From positions 685 through 64,684 of IMG/VR virus record IMGVR_UViG_3300037113_000024: a DNA stretch of 64,000 nucleotides. One strand, given 5' to 3'. The translations under genes were made by a program, and so were the position numbers. This stretch comes from a virus (Duplodnaviria; Caudoviricetes). Positions 1 through 8,594 of this stretch are shown here, in pieces. Positions within the stretch are counted from its first letter, which is position 1; the number at the start of each line of letters is the position of its first letter. The notes under the pieces were generated by a model. That model searched no databases. It was not told the origin of the DNA and saw only the letters and a list, made by a program, of their open reading frames with translations.

Positions 1-1
1 G

Positions 2-148
2 GGAGGCGATGCGTCAGCGTGGCGACACCTTCAGATCGAGCAGCGGCCTTGCCCGTCCAACCCGTTGGGGTCTGACACTACCTACGACCTGTGCCCTGGC
101 TGCGCCGGGATGCTAGAGCACTTCCTGGGGATCGGGGTGAAGACATGA
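2..148 (+). CDS. 3' end of small Cys-containing phage protein (truncated by window start)
   Basis: Open frame ...WRHLQIEQRP...YDLCPGCAGMLEHFLGIGVKT*; its TGA overlaps the polymerase ATG (ATGA at 145-148). Confidence 0.55.
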   Translation, partial: GGDASAWRHLQIEQRPCPSNPLGSDTTYDLCPGCAGMLEHFLGIGVKT

Positions 149-2847
149 GCGACTGGGATGACGAGCAGTACATCGCCTTCGACTTTGAAACGTCGGGCAA
201 GCTGCCCGAGTACGGGCTTCAACCGTGGCGGCTGAGGACGGGCGAGGCATGGATCACGTCGCTCGCCTGGGTCTACCGGGAGAACGGCGAGACGAAGCGT
301 GGAGGAACCATTGACCCAGACCCGCTCTACATCGCCTGCTTTCTGGCGTGGGCTATCGAGAGTGGGCGCACCTTGGTTGGTTGGAACGTCCAGTTTGATA
401 TCCAGTGGTTACTGGCCCTTGGTCTGGACAACCACGTCCACCAGTGCCGGTTCGTTGACGGCATGCTGGTGTGGCGTCACCTTGAGATAGAGCCCGAGTA
501 CGAAACCACGCGGGTGTCGAAGAAGTCCTACAGCCTGAAGACAGCGGTGCGCGAGCACCTGCCTCAGTACGCCGGCTACGAGGATCAGATCGACTTCCAC
601 TCGACCGATCCCGCCGACCGCGTGAAGCTGCACACCTACAACATCCAAGACTGCCTGTTCACGCTGCGCATCACGAAGAAGCTCTACGAACAACTTAAGG
701 CGCGCCAGCGTCAGGCCATGTGGATCGAGGCCCAGTGCCTCGCCATGGTTGCGAAGGCGAACGTGGAAGGGATGCTGCTCGACACGACCTACGCGCAGTG
801 GTTGAGCAAGGTCAATCGGGATGTGGCGGCGAAGAAACTTGCGCTCCTTGCTCCCCACGGCGTGACAGAAGCGGTGGTGCGTTCGCCCAAGCAGCTTCAG
901 GTGCTCATGTACGATGTGTGGAAGCTGCCGGTCCTGAAGGAAACGACAAGCGCCAAGACGGGCACCGTGTCCCGCTCGACCGACAAGACGGTGCTGCACG
1001 AGTTGGCGTTCATCGACGTGCGGGCGAAGGAGCTACGCGCCTACCGCGAGGCGCTGAACAACGACACCAAGTTTGCGATCACTCCAATCAGGAGCGTGCA
1101 GTATTGCGGCGACGGCATGTCGCACCCCAACGCCCGCGTGTTCGGCACCTACAGCGGGCGCATGACCTACTCGTCCAAGCAGGGCAAGGGCGTGACCGAG
1201 CGGCCGACCGGCTTCGCCCTGCACCAAATGCCGCGCATGTCCGAGAAGCAGCCCTTGGACTTCCGCGCCCAGGTGATTGCACCCAAAGGCTACACCATTG
1301 TTGAGTTCGACGCCGCCGGCCAAGAGTTCCGTTGGATGGCCATGGCGGCGAACGACCTAACCATGTTGCAGTTGTGCCAGCCTGGGGAGGATGCGCACAG
1401 CTTCATGGGCGCGAAGATCGCGCGCATGGACTACAAGGAGTTTTTGCGGCGACTGGCGCTGAAGGAGCAGCACATCAAGGACGGGCGTCAGATGGGCAAG
1501 ATCGCCAACCTCTGCATCGCCAAGGGCGAGATCGTGTTGACAGATCGCGGACCTTGCAGTATCGAACTGGTCAAGTCTGATGATCTGGTGTGGGACGGCG
1601 AGGCGTTCGTCGCCCATGACGGCGTGTCGTTCAGTGGTGAACGCTGGACGATTGACAATGATGGTGTGATGGCGACGCCAAGTCATCAGGTTCTCGTGAG
1701 CGGAGCGTGGACGGCGCATGACGAAACACAGCGTATGGGCTGGGCCATTGATCGAGCGTGCGCCCCCAGGCACGCGCTACGGATCGTGGGCGGTATTGCC
1801 CGGCGAGCCGTTCGCGAAGCATGGCGCGATCTACGTGCGGGCGCGCTGCGCTTGTGGGATCGAGCGAGAAGCCAACCTGCGGTTCATGGAGACCGGACGA
1901 TCAACCATGTGCAAGGGCTGCGCTACGCGCTCGCGACATCAGCGGAGTGGCGACCTGATCGTGACCGACGCGGCGACGCGACGCTTGCAGAAGCGAGCCA
2001 GCGCATGGTTTCAACGATGTTGGAACCCGAAGGATCGCTCATGGCGAAACTATGGGGCGCGTGGGATCGAGTGTCGGTTCTCATCAGTGGCGGAAGCCGT
2101 GGCATACATCAAACAAACTCTGCCGCATCCCACGTACCTCAAACTCGACATCGACCGGCGAGACAACGAGGGTCATTACGAGCCTGGAAACTTGCGCTTG
2201 GTTACGCGCAAAGTGAACCTCGCAAATCGGCGCAAGTCGAAACCTACGATATCGTAAACTGTGGCCCGCGAACGCGCTATGCCATCAATGGTAGGATCGT
2301 TCACAATTCCCTTCAGTATCGCACGAGCGCGAAGAAGCTGCGGGTGGTGGCGCGCGTGGACTACGACGTGCCCATGACCATGACGGACGCCTACTTCATC
2401 CACGACCTCTACCGCACCACCTATTGGCGCGTGCCTGAGTATTGGGATCGCCAGATCGCGCTCACGATGCGGCGTCAGTGGGTTGAGACGTTCGCCGGCC
2501 GGCGAGTTCAAGTGAAAGGAGATTGGAACGGCAAGAACGGTTGGAGCATGGGTTCTACTGCAATCAACTACCGCATCCAAGGCACGGGCGCGGATCAGAA
2601 GTACCTCGCCATGATGATGATGCGTGACTATATACACACCATTGGTGCTCGCTTTTTTCTTGACTTGCACGACGGCATCTATCTATTGGTGCCCGACCGA
2701 CTGGCAAAGAGCGCCGCCAAGCACATCAAGAAGGAACTCGATAACCTTCCCTACGCACAAACATGGAACTTCATACCGCCTATTCCCCTGCCTTGGGATT
2801 GTAAGATGGGCAAGACATGGGGCGGCCTGAAAGAGTTCAAACCCTGA
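145..2847 (+). CDS. polA: Family A DNA polymerase with 3'-5' exonuclease domain, intein-containing
   Basis: ExoI DFETSG, GWNVQFD, YNIQD; TYSGRM; motif A EFDAAGQEFR; motif B GKIANL/SLQY split by intein; NYRIQGTGAD; motif C LHDGI. Start moved to ATG 145 because of ATGA coupling. Confidence 0.95.
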   Translation: MSDWDDEQYIAFDFETSGKLPEYGLQPWRLRTGEAWITSLAWVYRENGETKRGGTIDPDPLYIACFLAWAIESGRTLVGWNVQFDIQWLLALGLDNHVHQCRFVDGMLVWRHLEIEPEYETTRVSKKSYSLKTAVREHLPQYAGYEDQIDFHSTDPADRVKLHTYNIQDCLFTLRITKKLYEQLKARQRQAMWIEAQCLAMVAKANVEGMLLDTTYAQWLSKVNRDVAAKKLALLAPHGVTEAVVRSPKQLQVLMYDVWKLPVLKETTSAKTGTVSRSTDKTVLHELAFIDVRAKELRAYREALNNDTKFAITPIRSVQYCGDGMSHPNARVFGTYSGRMTYSSKQGKGVTERPTGFALHQMPRMSEKQPLDFRAQVIAPKGYTIVEFDAAGQEFRWMAMAANDLTMLQLCQPGEDAHSFMGAKIARMDYKEFLRRLALKEQHIKDGRQMGKIANLCIAKGEIVLTDRGPCSIELVKSDDLVWDGEAFVAHDGVSFSGERWTIDNDGVMATPSHQVLVSGAWTAHDETQRMGWAIDRACAPRHALRIVGGIARRAVREAWRDLRAGALRLWDRARSQPAVHGDRTINHVQGLRYALATSAEWRPDRDRRGDATLAEASQRMVSTMLEPEGSLMAKLWGAWDRVSVLISGGSRGIHQTNSAASHVPQTRHRPARQRGSLRAWKLALGYAQSEPRKSAQVETYDIVNCGPRTRYAINGRIVHNSLQYRTSAKKLRVVARVDYDVPMTMTDAYFIHDLYRTTYWRVPEYWDRQIALTMRRQWVETFAGRRVQVKGDWNGKNGWSMGSTAINYRIQGTGADQKYLAMMMMRDYIHTIGARFFLDLHDGIYLLVPDRLAKSAAKHIKKELDNLPYAQTWNFIPPIPLPWDCKMGKTWGGLKEFKP
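1513..2307 (+). mobile_element. Intein (265 aa) in polymerase motif B
   Basis: Block A CIAKGEIVLTDRG, block B ATPSHQV (TxxH), block F/G TYDIVNCG...INGRIVHN followed by Ser+1; removal restores KIANL-SLQY. Confidence 0.93.
1718..2257 (+). CDS. HNH-type (His-Me finger) homing endonuclease nested out of frame in the intein
   Basis: CACG...CKGC Zn motif; QRCWNPKDRSWRNYGARGI; IDRRDNEGHYEPGNLRLVTRKVNLANRR; own ATG with GGAG at 1702-1705. Confidence 0.85.
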   Translation: MTKHSVWAGPLIERAPPGTRYGSWAVLPGEPFAKHGAIYVRARCACGIEREANLRFMETGRSTMCKGCATRSRHQRSGDLIVTDAATRRLQKRASAWFQRCWNPKDRSWRNYGARGIECRFSSVAEAVAYIKQTLPHPTYLKLDIDRRDNEGHYEPGNLRLVTRKVNLANRRKSKPTIS

Positions 2848-2861
2848 CCAAGGAGTATCAG

Positions 2862-3083
2862 ATGAAAGCGTTCCTCTACCACACCAGCAGCGGCCGGATG
2901 TACGAGGTGGTCAAAGTCGAGAACGGCGAGATCACGCTGAAGAACTCGATGGCCACGTTCACCGACACCTACGACAAGGAAAAGTTCAAGCTACAGGGCT
3001 ACATCCGCGTCAAGGGCGAGGACGAGGACGAGGCGCGCGCCGCCGCGGAAGCCCTGGTCGCGGCTGAAGCCGAGGCCGAGTGA
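2862..3083 (+). CDS. Small hypothetical protein
   Basis: AAGGAG RBS then ATG 2862; acidic C-terminus. Confidence 0.75.
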   Translation: MKAFLYHTSSGRMYEVVKVENGEITLKNSMATFTDTYDKEKFKLQGYIRVKGEDEDEARAAAEALVAAEAEAE

Positions 3084-3481
3084 GCGGCAAGCGATCAACC
3101 AGCGCACGGGCTAGGCTGCGTTGGTTGTTGGTGCTGGTGTTGCGTGAGAGTATGCGGTGGTCGTTCGAGATGATAGGCGCTGAGATCGGCGTCACCGAAA
3201 GACGAGCGCGCAAGGTCTACAATCGCGCAGCGGAGAGATACAATGCCGAGCAGTCCTGGCTATGTGAGGAATTACAAGCAAGAGTACACGACGGCCAAAA
3301 GCCGCGGCGAAGACGGCACCGGGCACAACTCGGGCAGCGCGGAGCGCGACCGTCTGAGGCGAGCGGCGCTGAAGCGGGGCATGGTGAAGAAGGGCCAGGA
3401 CTTGGCGCACAAGGTGGCGCTCTCTGGGAAAGGCCCGAACACACTGGCGAACGCCCGCGCCGAGACTGTGCACGACAATAG
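3080..3481 (+). CDS. Putative sigma70 region-4-like HTH protein
   Basis: LVLRESMRWSFEMIGAEIGVTERRARKVYNRA resembles the r4 HTH; GTGA coupling with upstream gene; 3' half overlaps next ORF. Confidence 0.5.
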   Translation: MSGKRSTSARARLRWLLVLVLRESMRWSFEMIGAEIGVTERRARKVYNRAAERYNAEQSWLCEELQARVHDGQKPRRRRHRAQLGQRGARPSEASGAEAGHGEEGPGLGAQGGALWERPEHTGERPRRDCARQ

Positions 3482-3548
3482 GAGCTACGCCCGCAATGCG
3501 GACGGCTCGATGAAGGACAAGGTAGACCACCACAAGAAAGCGAAGTGA
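3243..3548 (+). CDS. Small HNH endonuclease
   Basis: RNYKQEY...QDLAHKVALSGKGPNTLANARAETVHDNRS, typical of small phage HNH proteins. Confidence 0.75.
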   Translation: MPSSPGYVRNYKQEYTTAKSRGEDGTGHNSGSAERDRLRRAALKRGMVKKGQDLAHKVALSGKGPNTLANARAETVHDNRSYARNADGSMKDKVDHHKKAK

Positions 3549-3904
3549 TGAGCAACCAACCCGACCACAGTGGACCGCTTGACGGGCCGACCCTACGCAA
3601 ACGTTCTGACCTTATGCTCGCCAACATGACCGAGCTTATGTACTCGGCGCAGCAGATGGCCTACACCGCAGGCTCCATGGACGCCTGCGATCTGCTCCGC
3701 GTCCTGCTGACGCATGTTGAGAAGAAGGGCAAGTTCGAGACGCCGCCCGCACAACCGCTCGACGTGTTCACGCTCAAGTACGTGATCAACGCGCTGCACA
3801 GTTCTATCCAGAACAACGTCAACAACATTGTTGTGACGGACGTGGTGGTCGTGCCGGGGTCGCCGGGTACGGAGGGACCGCCGCCGGGCACCAAGCTTTC
3901 CTAA
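3545..3904 (+). CDS. Hypothetical protein
   Basis: Coupled ORF with phage-like codon usage. Confidence 0.7.
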   Translation: MMSNQPDHSGPLDGPTLRKRSDLMLANMTELMYSAQQMAYTAGSMDACDLLRVLLTHVEKKGKFETPPAQPLDVFTLKYVINALHSSIQNNVNNIVVTDVVVVPGSPGTEGPPPGTKLS

Positions 3905-4026
3905 TCGGTAGGGGCAGGGTGGGAGGCCGTCGCCATCGACAAGCGCCCCCGTTCGCCGCGATCCTGTAACCGAACCGATCTAGGCCCCGCCGATGGCGGC
4001 GGGGCACCCGACCAAGGATAAGAGCC

Positions 4027-4764
4027 ATGTGGGCGTACCGACTGGGCAAGGCTGACGACAGCCTGCGGCTGCTCAAGCCATTCTCCGCTCTGCGCAAGTG
4101 GCTGCTTCGGCAGCACGAGGTGTGCGGGGACGAGACAGAAACATTGTTCCAACTGGACAACGATCTGAAGGTAGCCCGCAACATGGCGCGCGCCCTTGGT
4201 TGGGACACGTCCCTGGCTTGCCCAGAGCAATGTTTCTCCATGCCTGGACCCGACAGCACGCTGTACGGGTTCGTGATCACCCAAGCCACCAGCGGCCAGC
4301 GCTACGTCGTGTCGCCCGTCGAACTCGCCTACCTTACGAACGAGGTGGACTGGGACGCGCGCATCAACGAGGCTGAGGTGCGCAAGGTGCGGGGAGAACT
4401 CAGCGGAACAGTAGTTGACCGACCGCCGCTGCGCGTGGGCGAGTGGAAGCGCTCGGCCAAGGGCAACATGTGGACCACCATCAACGGGGCTAACTGCACG
4501 GTGTTCGCCAAGAACGATGGCACTGGCTATTGCGCCGTCATCATGAACCCCACGAGCAGCGGCCTGAAGGTCTACACCAGGGCGTTCGAGACAGAGTTGG
4601 AGTGTGCGAACTATGTCATTCAAGCCGACAACTTCTACAACCTTATCCGCGGGTGGCTCGGCAGTCCCGGCGAAGCCAAGTCCACCGATCTCGACAGCCC
4701 CTTCGCAGACATTGACTGGGAAGGAGAGGACGAACGAGGGCTCGATCCCGATATCCCGTTCTGA
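4027..4764 (+). CDS. Hypothetical protein with acidic SSB-like C-terminal tail (DPDIPF)
   Basis: AAGGA RBS; 245-aa ORF. Confidence 0.75.
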   Translation: MWAYRLGKADDSLRLLKPFSALRKWLLRQHEVCGDETETLFQLDNDLKVARNMARALGWDTSLACPEQCFSMPGPDSTLYGFVITQATSGQRYVVSPVELAYLTNEVDWDARINEAEVRKVRGELSGTVVDRPPLRVGEWKRSAKGNMWTTINGANCTVFAKNDGTGYCAVIMNPTSSGLKVYTRAFETELECANYVIQADNFYNLIRGWLGSPGEAKSTDLDSPFADIDWEGEDERGLDPDIPF

Positions 4765-4969
4765 CGCGGTATCAAACAAACTCGCCAACGATCTCGACCG
4801 TTACCTCGCCAATTACCGGACCACGGACAAGAAGAACTTGACCGAGGGTGAGGTGATCGTGGGCCTTGGGTTCCTCCTGGGCCTGCATCTGAAGGACCCC
4901 GAGCGGGTGAAGGCTTGGCTCGCCCAAGTCGGCATCGCGGGGCTTAGCGCCGTGAAGGATAAACCATGA
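4712..4969 (+). CDS. Probable small hypothetical protein, start uncertain
   Basis: Fills the gap 4765-4969 with coding-like codons; stop overlaps next ATG; only an in-frame TTG at 4712 is nearby. Confidence 0.4.
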   Translation: MTGKERTNEGSIPISRSDAVSNKLANDLDRYLANYRTTDKKNLTEGEVIVGLGFLLGLHLKDPERVKAWLAQVGIAGLSAVKDKP

Positions 4970-5598
4970 AAAACATTATGGTAGACTTAGAGACGTTTGG
5001 AACGAACCCGTTCTCCATGATCCTCAGCATTGGTGCGGTCTACTTCGACCCAACCAAGGTGGGCGACGCGGCGATCAAGAGTTCGTTCTACGTCACCATC
5101 GACCCCATCGCTTCGGGCAAGGCGGGCTTCATGACCGACATGTCCACGATCTGCTGGTGGCTCGACCCGGCCCGCCGGCCGGCGTGGGACGACTTCCTGA
5201 GCGTCGCCCACTTTGAACCGGCGGACGCCCTTCAGGGCTTCAGCCTGTGGATCGGGGGCCTGTTCGATCTGAGCCAGGACCCGACCGCCCACGACGATCT
5301 CGACTTCCCGAAGGACCCGGCGAAGCGCGAGACGTTCGAGCCCTCCACCCAGGTCGCGATGTGGGGCAATGGGCCGGCGTTCGACAACGAAATCCTGCGC
5401 AACGCCTACACGCGAATGAACATGGATGCGCCGTGGAAGCACTTCGGCGACCGCTGCTTCCGCACCATGAAGAACCTGGGCGGCGCGAGCAACCTCGCGC
5501 CCCCGCACGAGGGCCACATCCACAACGCCTTGGTTGACGCCCGTCAGCAAGCGAAGTGGCTCTGCAACATCATCAACACCCTGCACGTCACTATCTAA
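4966..5598 (+). CDS. DEDDh 3'-5' exo(ribo)nuclease (Rv2179c / exonuclease VIII-like domain)
   Basis: MVDLET, ILSIGAV, WGNGPAFD, RCFRT, HNALVDA motifs. Confidence 0.88.
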   Translation: MKNIMVDLETFGTNPFSMILSIGAVYFDPTKVGDAAIKSSFYVTIDPIASGKAGFMTDMSTICWWLDPARRPAWDDFLSVAHFEPADALQGFSLWIGGLFDLSQDPTAHDDLDFPKDPAKRETFEPSTQVAMWGNGPAFDNEILRNAYTRMNMDAPWKHFGDRCFRTMKNLGGASNLAPPHEGHIHNALVDARQQAKWLCNIINTLHVTI

Positions 5599-5607
5599 GG
5601 AGAACCC

Positions 5608-6507
5608 ATGTCTGCGCCTGACGGGGAGCATGCGCCCCACCAACTCATGCAAGCACCCGAGCCGTTGAGCAGCGTCCACATGGCGCTGCTCGAACTGCTC
5701 AACCATTGGCGTAACCGCGCCCACTGGATAGACGTGGAGCGCAGGGCCATAGGGGAACGGCTGCAAGTCTACGACAGCCTGCCCGATATGAAGCCGGCGA
5801 CACCGCCGCCCACGACGCCCGCTGACCAACTGGTGGCCGCCGTGCGAGGCAAGAACACCGAGCTTGAGGTTAAGCTGCAAGAGCAGGGCAACGCCATCCG
5901 CGCGCTGCACGAGCAGAACGTCACGCTGGTCAACGAGAACAACCGGCTGCGTCAGGAGAAGCGCGAACTGGCGCTGCAACTGGATCAGCTTCAGCACGAG
6001 CGGCCCGAGCCGATCAACACGCTGGAAGTCAGCGTCCCGCGCTTCGCCCAGGAGATGGGGCGCTGGTGCAAGGACACGTTCGGATCGGCGATCTTCTTGA
6101 ACCCCCTCGAACGCGCGGCCCGGCTGGTGGAGGAAGCCGTGGAGGTGGCGCAGGCTGTCGGGCTCGACAAGACGTACATCTACAATATCTTCACCATGGT
6201 CTACAACAAAGATCGTGGCGAGTTGAAGCAGGGGCTTGGCGGCGTCATCGTCTGTTGGGCCGTCATGTGCGACGCCCTGGGGATCAACCCGTCCGAAGTC
6301 ATAGTCAAGGCGAAGGACGACTGCTGGACCCGCCAGACCGCCATCAGGAACAAGCTGGCGGCCAAGGTATTGGTTGGAGCGTCACCAACCAAGATCGAGC
6401 ACGCGCCGGGGAACATCCCTGGTCCTAAATACGACGCTGGCGTAACCGCTGCCATCGAAAAGTGGCGCAAGTCTATCGACGGCTCGCCCGTGGCGGGAGG
6501 TAAGTAA
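5608..6507 (+). CDS. Coiled-coil protein with C-terminal MazG-like NTP pyrophosphatase domain
   Basis: Heptad region, then WCKDTFG...ERAARLVEEAVEVAQA...ELKQGLGGV. Confidence 0.6.
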   Translation: MSAPDGEHAPHQLMQAPEPLSSVHMALLELLNHWRNRAHWIDVERRAIGERLQVYDSLPDMKPATPPPTTPADQLVAAVRGKNTELEVKLQEQGNAIRALHEQNVTLVNENNRLRQEKRELALQLDQLQHERPEPINTLEVSVPRFAQEMGRWCKDTFGSAIFLNPLERAARLVEEAVEVAQAVGLDKTYIYNIFTMVYNKDRGELKQGLGGVIVCWAVMCDALGINPSEVIVKAKDDCWTRQTAIRNKLAAKVLVGASPTKIEHAPGNIPGPKYDAGVTAAIEKWRKSIDGSPVAGGK

Positions 6508-6512
6508 GAACC

Positions 6513-7196
6513 ATGCAACCGCTTCCGTTCACGTTCTCATCGCTCGACACGTTCAAGAACTGCCCGAGCCAGTTCCACCACAAGTATGTCCTCAAGGACG
6601 TGACGGAGGTGCAGTCGCCTCAGGCGGCTTACGGCGACGACGTTCACCAACTCTTTCAGGAGTACATCGAGGCCGGCGGCGCAAAGCCGCTGCGCCCCGA
6701 CCTGAAGCCGCATCAGGCTAAGCTCGACCAGCTACTCGCCAAGGACGGGATATTTTGGTGCGAAGAGAAGGTGGCGTTCGACAAGCGCCTCCAACCGACC
6801 CGGTACGACAACCCGGATCGGTTGTGGCGCGGCAAGGCGGACTTCCGCCTAGTTGACCGGGTGGAGCAGTCCGCCACCTTGGTTGACTACAAGACGGGGA
6901 AGAAGCACGACAAGTGGGCGCAGTTGGCAATCTACGCCCTGCACACCTTCGCGCTGTTCCCCAAGGTGCAAATCGTCAACGCCCAGTTCTATTGGACCAA
7001 GGACTTGACGACAACCAAGAAGGTCTGGGGGCGCGACGATATCGAGGGCCTGTGGCTCATGTTCGCGGGCGACCTAGCCCAGTACAAGCAAGCGTTCAAG
7101 ACGGACACATGGCAGGAACGGCCCTCAGGGCTGTGCCGAGGCTGGTGCCCGGTCACTACCTGCCAGCACTGGCAACCGAAGCGGGAGTTCAGATGA
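6513..7196 (+). CDS. PD-(D/E)XK exonuclease (RecB/Cas4-like)
   Basis: FSSLDTFKNCP, GDDVH, GKAD, VDYKTGK, QLAIYA, C-terminal CRGWCPVTTC. Confidence 0.9.
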   Translation: MQPLPFTFSSLDTFKNCPSQFHHKYVLKDVTEVQSPQAAYGDDVHQLFQEYIEAGGAKPLRPDLKPHQAKLDQLLAKDGIFWCEEKVAFDKRLQPTRYDNPDRLWRGKADFRLVDRVEQSATLVDYKTGKKHDKWAQLAIYALHTFALFPKVQIVNAQFYWTKDLTTTKKVWGRDDIEGLWLMFAGDLAQYKQAFKTDTWQERPSGLCRGWCPVTTCQHWQPKREFR

Positions 7197-7318
7197 TCAT
7201 CGTCTACCTCATGCCCCCGATCAACTCGGGGTGGGATGCGCTCGGCGCACTCGTGGGAGGACTGATCGGGCTGGTGCTTGCAGTCGCGGTAATCTTGGCC
7301 ATGATGAGGTGGGTGTGA
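7193..7318 (+). CDS. Small membrane protein
   Basis: ATGA coupling; one hydrophobic helix. Confidence 0.5.
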   Translation: MIIVYLMPPINSGWDALGALVGGLIGLVLAVAVILAMMRWV

Positions 7319-7352
7319 TGAGCAAACAACCAACTCTAGCTGAAGGTGGGGA

Positions 7353-7772
7353 ATGAACGCGCCGATCATCAAGAAGAACGAGAGCCACGTCAAGAAAGGC
7401 GTGAAGAAGATACTCGACGCACACCAATGGTTTTGGTGGATGACGCCGGCCAACGGCTACGGGGCATCGGGCATCGCGGACTTCTGCGCCGTGAAGCAGG
7501 GGATGTTCCTGGCCATCGAGACGAAGGCGAACCGCAACGACCCCACGCCGATGCAGCGCGCCTACCTCGATAGCATCCGAGCGTCCGACCACTTCGCCTT
7601 CGTGGTGCGCGACACGAACATTGGTGCGTTCGAGCAGTTCATCGAGTTGCTGGACAAGTCTATCCAGTATAGCGCTCAAGGCCAAATCCCGCCGGCCGAG
7701 ATCGGCGGACCCATGTTGGACGCAATCAAGCGTCTGACCGACGACGAAGTGGTAAAGGGAAAGCGATCATGA
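7353..7772 (+). CDS. VRR-NUC domain nuclease / Holliday junction resolvase-like
   Basis: ESHVK, GYGASGIADF, FLAIETKA, PTPMQ. Confidence 0.88.
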   Translation: MNAPIIKKNESHVKKGVKKILDAHQWFWWMTPANGYGASGIADFCAVKQGMFLAIETKANRNDPTPMQRAYLDSIRASDHFAFVVRDTNIGAFEQFIELLDKSIQYSAQGQIPPAEIGGPMLDAIKRLTDDEVVKGKRS

Positions 7773-8245
7773 GACTGCGAGTGCTGCTACCGGGGCTGGT
7801 CGCCTACATACGGATCATCATTATTTGTGTGCTGCTTCTCATGGCGCTGACACCCAAGGCCAGGGCCAGCGATCTCGCCCTGGGCGACAGCATCGCGCTC
7901 GGGACCGGCCACGCCTTGGGTGTCCCGACCGTGGCCAGGGTGGGTGCAGGGTCCTGCGAGATCGCCGACTGGCTTCCCAGGAGGGGGTCCTACAGGCGCG
8001 TGGTGATCTCGGCGGGCATCAACGACCAGGGGCTATGCGTCCAGGCCCTCCGCGCCGGCCTGCGGGCCAAGGAGGTGATCTGGATACTGCCGGCACCCAT
8101 CAACGCGGGGAGGGGCATGGTCCAGGCCGTCATGCAGCCGGGCGACAAGGCGGTGAGCTATCGCTGCGCCGGCCCCTGCACGCGCTCGAACTTCCACCCC
8201 GCCAGCTACCCCGCGGTGGCGCGTGCGATCAGGAGGGTATGGTAA
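7769..8245 (+). CDS. Secreted or membrane-anchored SGNH/GDSL-like hydrolase
   Basis: N-terminal hydrophobic signal (A-R-A cleavage), LGDSIA, GAGS, SAGIND, FHP. Confidence 0.65.
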   Translation: MRLRVLLPGLVAYIRIIIICVLLLMALTPKARASDLALGDSIALGTGHALGVPTVARVGAGSCEIADWLPRRGSYRRVVISAGINDQGLCVQALRAGLRAKEVIWILPAPINAGRGMVQAVMQPGDKAVSYRCAGPCTRSNFHPASYPAVARAIRRVW

Positions 8246-8592
8246 TGGATCAGGGCACACCCGAGATCGACGTGGACGAGGCGGTGGCGCGCACCCTGAG
8301 CATCATGCGCAGGAACCTTGAAGAGTTCGCGGTGGACAGCTACGCCCCAGAGGATATGTTGCAGGCGTCGATAGCGATCTCTGCGAAGCGGATCGCCGAC
8401 CACTTGGAGATGATAACGTTCCGCATGACTGAGCAGAACACTGGTTTGAACAGCCTATGCACCATCCTCAAGGAAGCGAAAGAGCAGCACCACCTTGACG
8501 CTCAATCCCTGACGCGCGCGATGTTCGATCTCGACCACTCCGTTCGGGACAATACCGGGCGCGAACTGCGCATCAACATCAGTAAGGACTAA
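8245..8592 (+). CDS. Hypothetical protein
   Basis: AGGAGG RBS, TAATG coupling. Confidence 0.7.
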   Translation: MDQGTPEIDVDEAVARTLSIMRRNLEEFAVDSYAPEDMLQASIAISAKRIADHLEMITFRMTEQNTGLNSLCTILKEAKEQHHLDAQSLTRAMFDLDHSVRDNTGRELRINISKD

Positions 8593-8594
8593 CA

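Noticed and set aside
91-144. Polymerase start at GTG 91
   Set aside because: ATG 145 overlaps the upstream stop (ATGA) and lies just before the exonuclease motif
4758-4777. Further TGATAC-N5-GTATCA site
   Set aside because: Only the right half GTATCAAA is present; likewise 2855, 13561 and 51908 are half-sites
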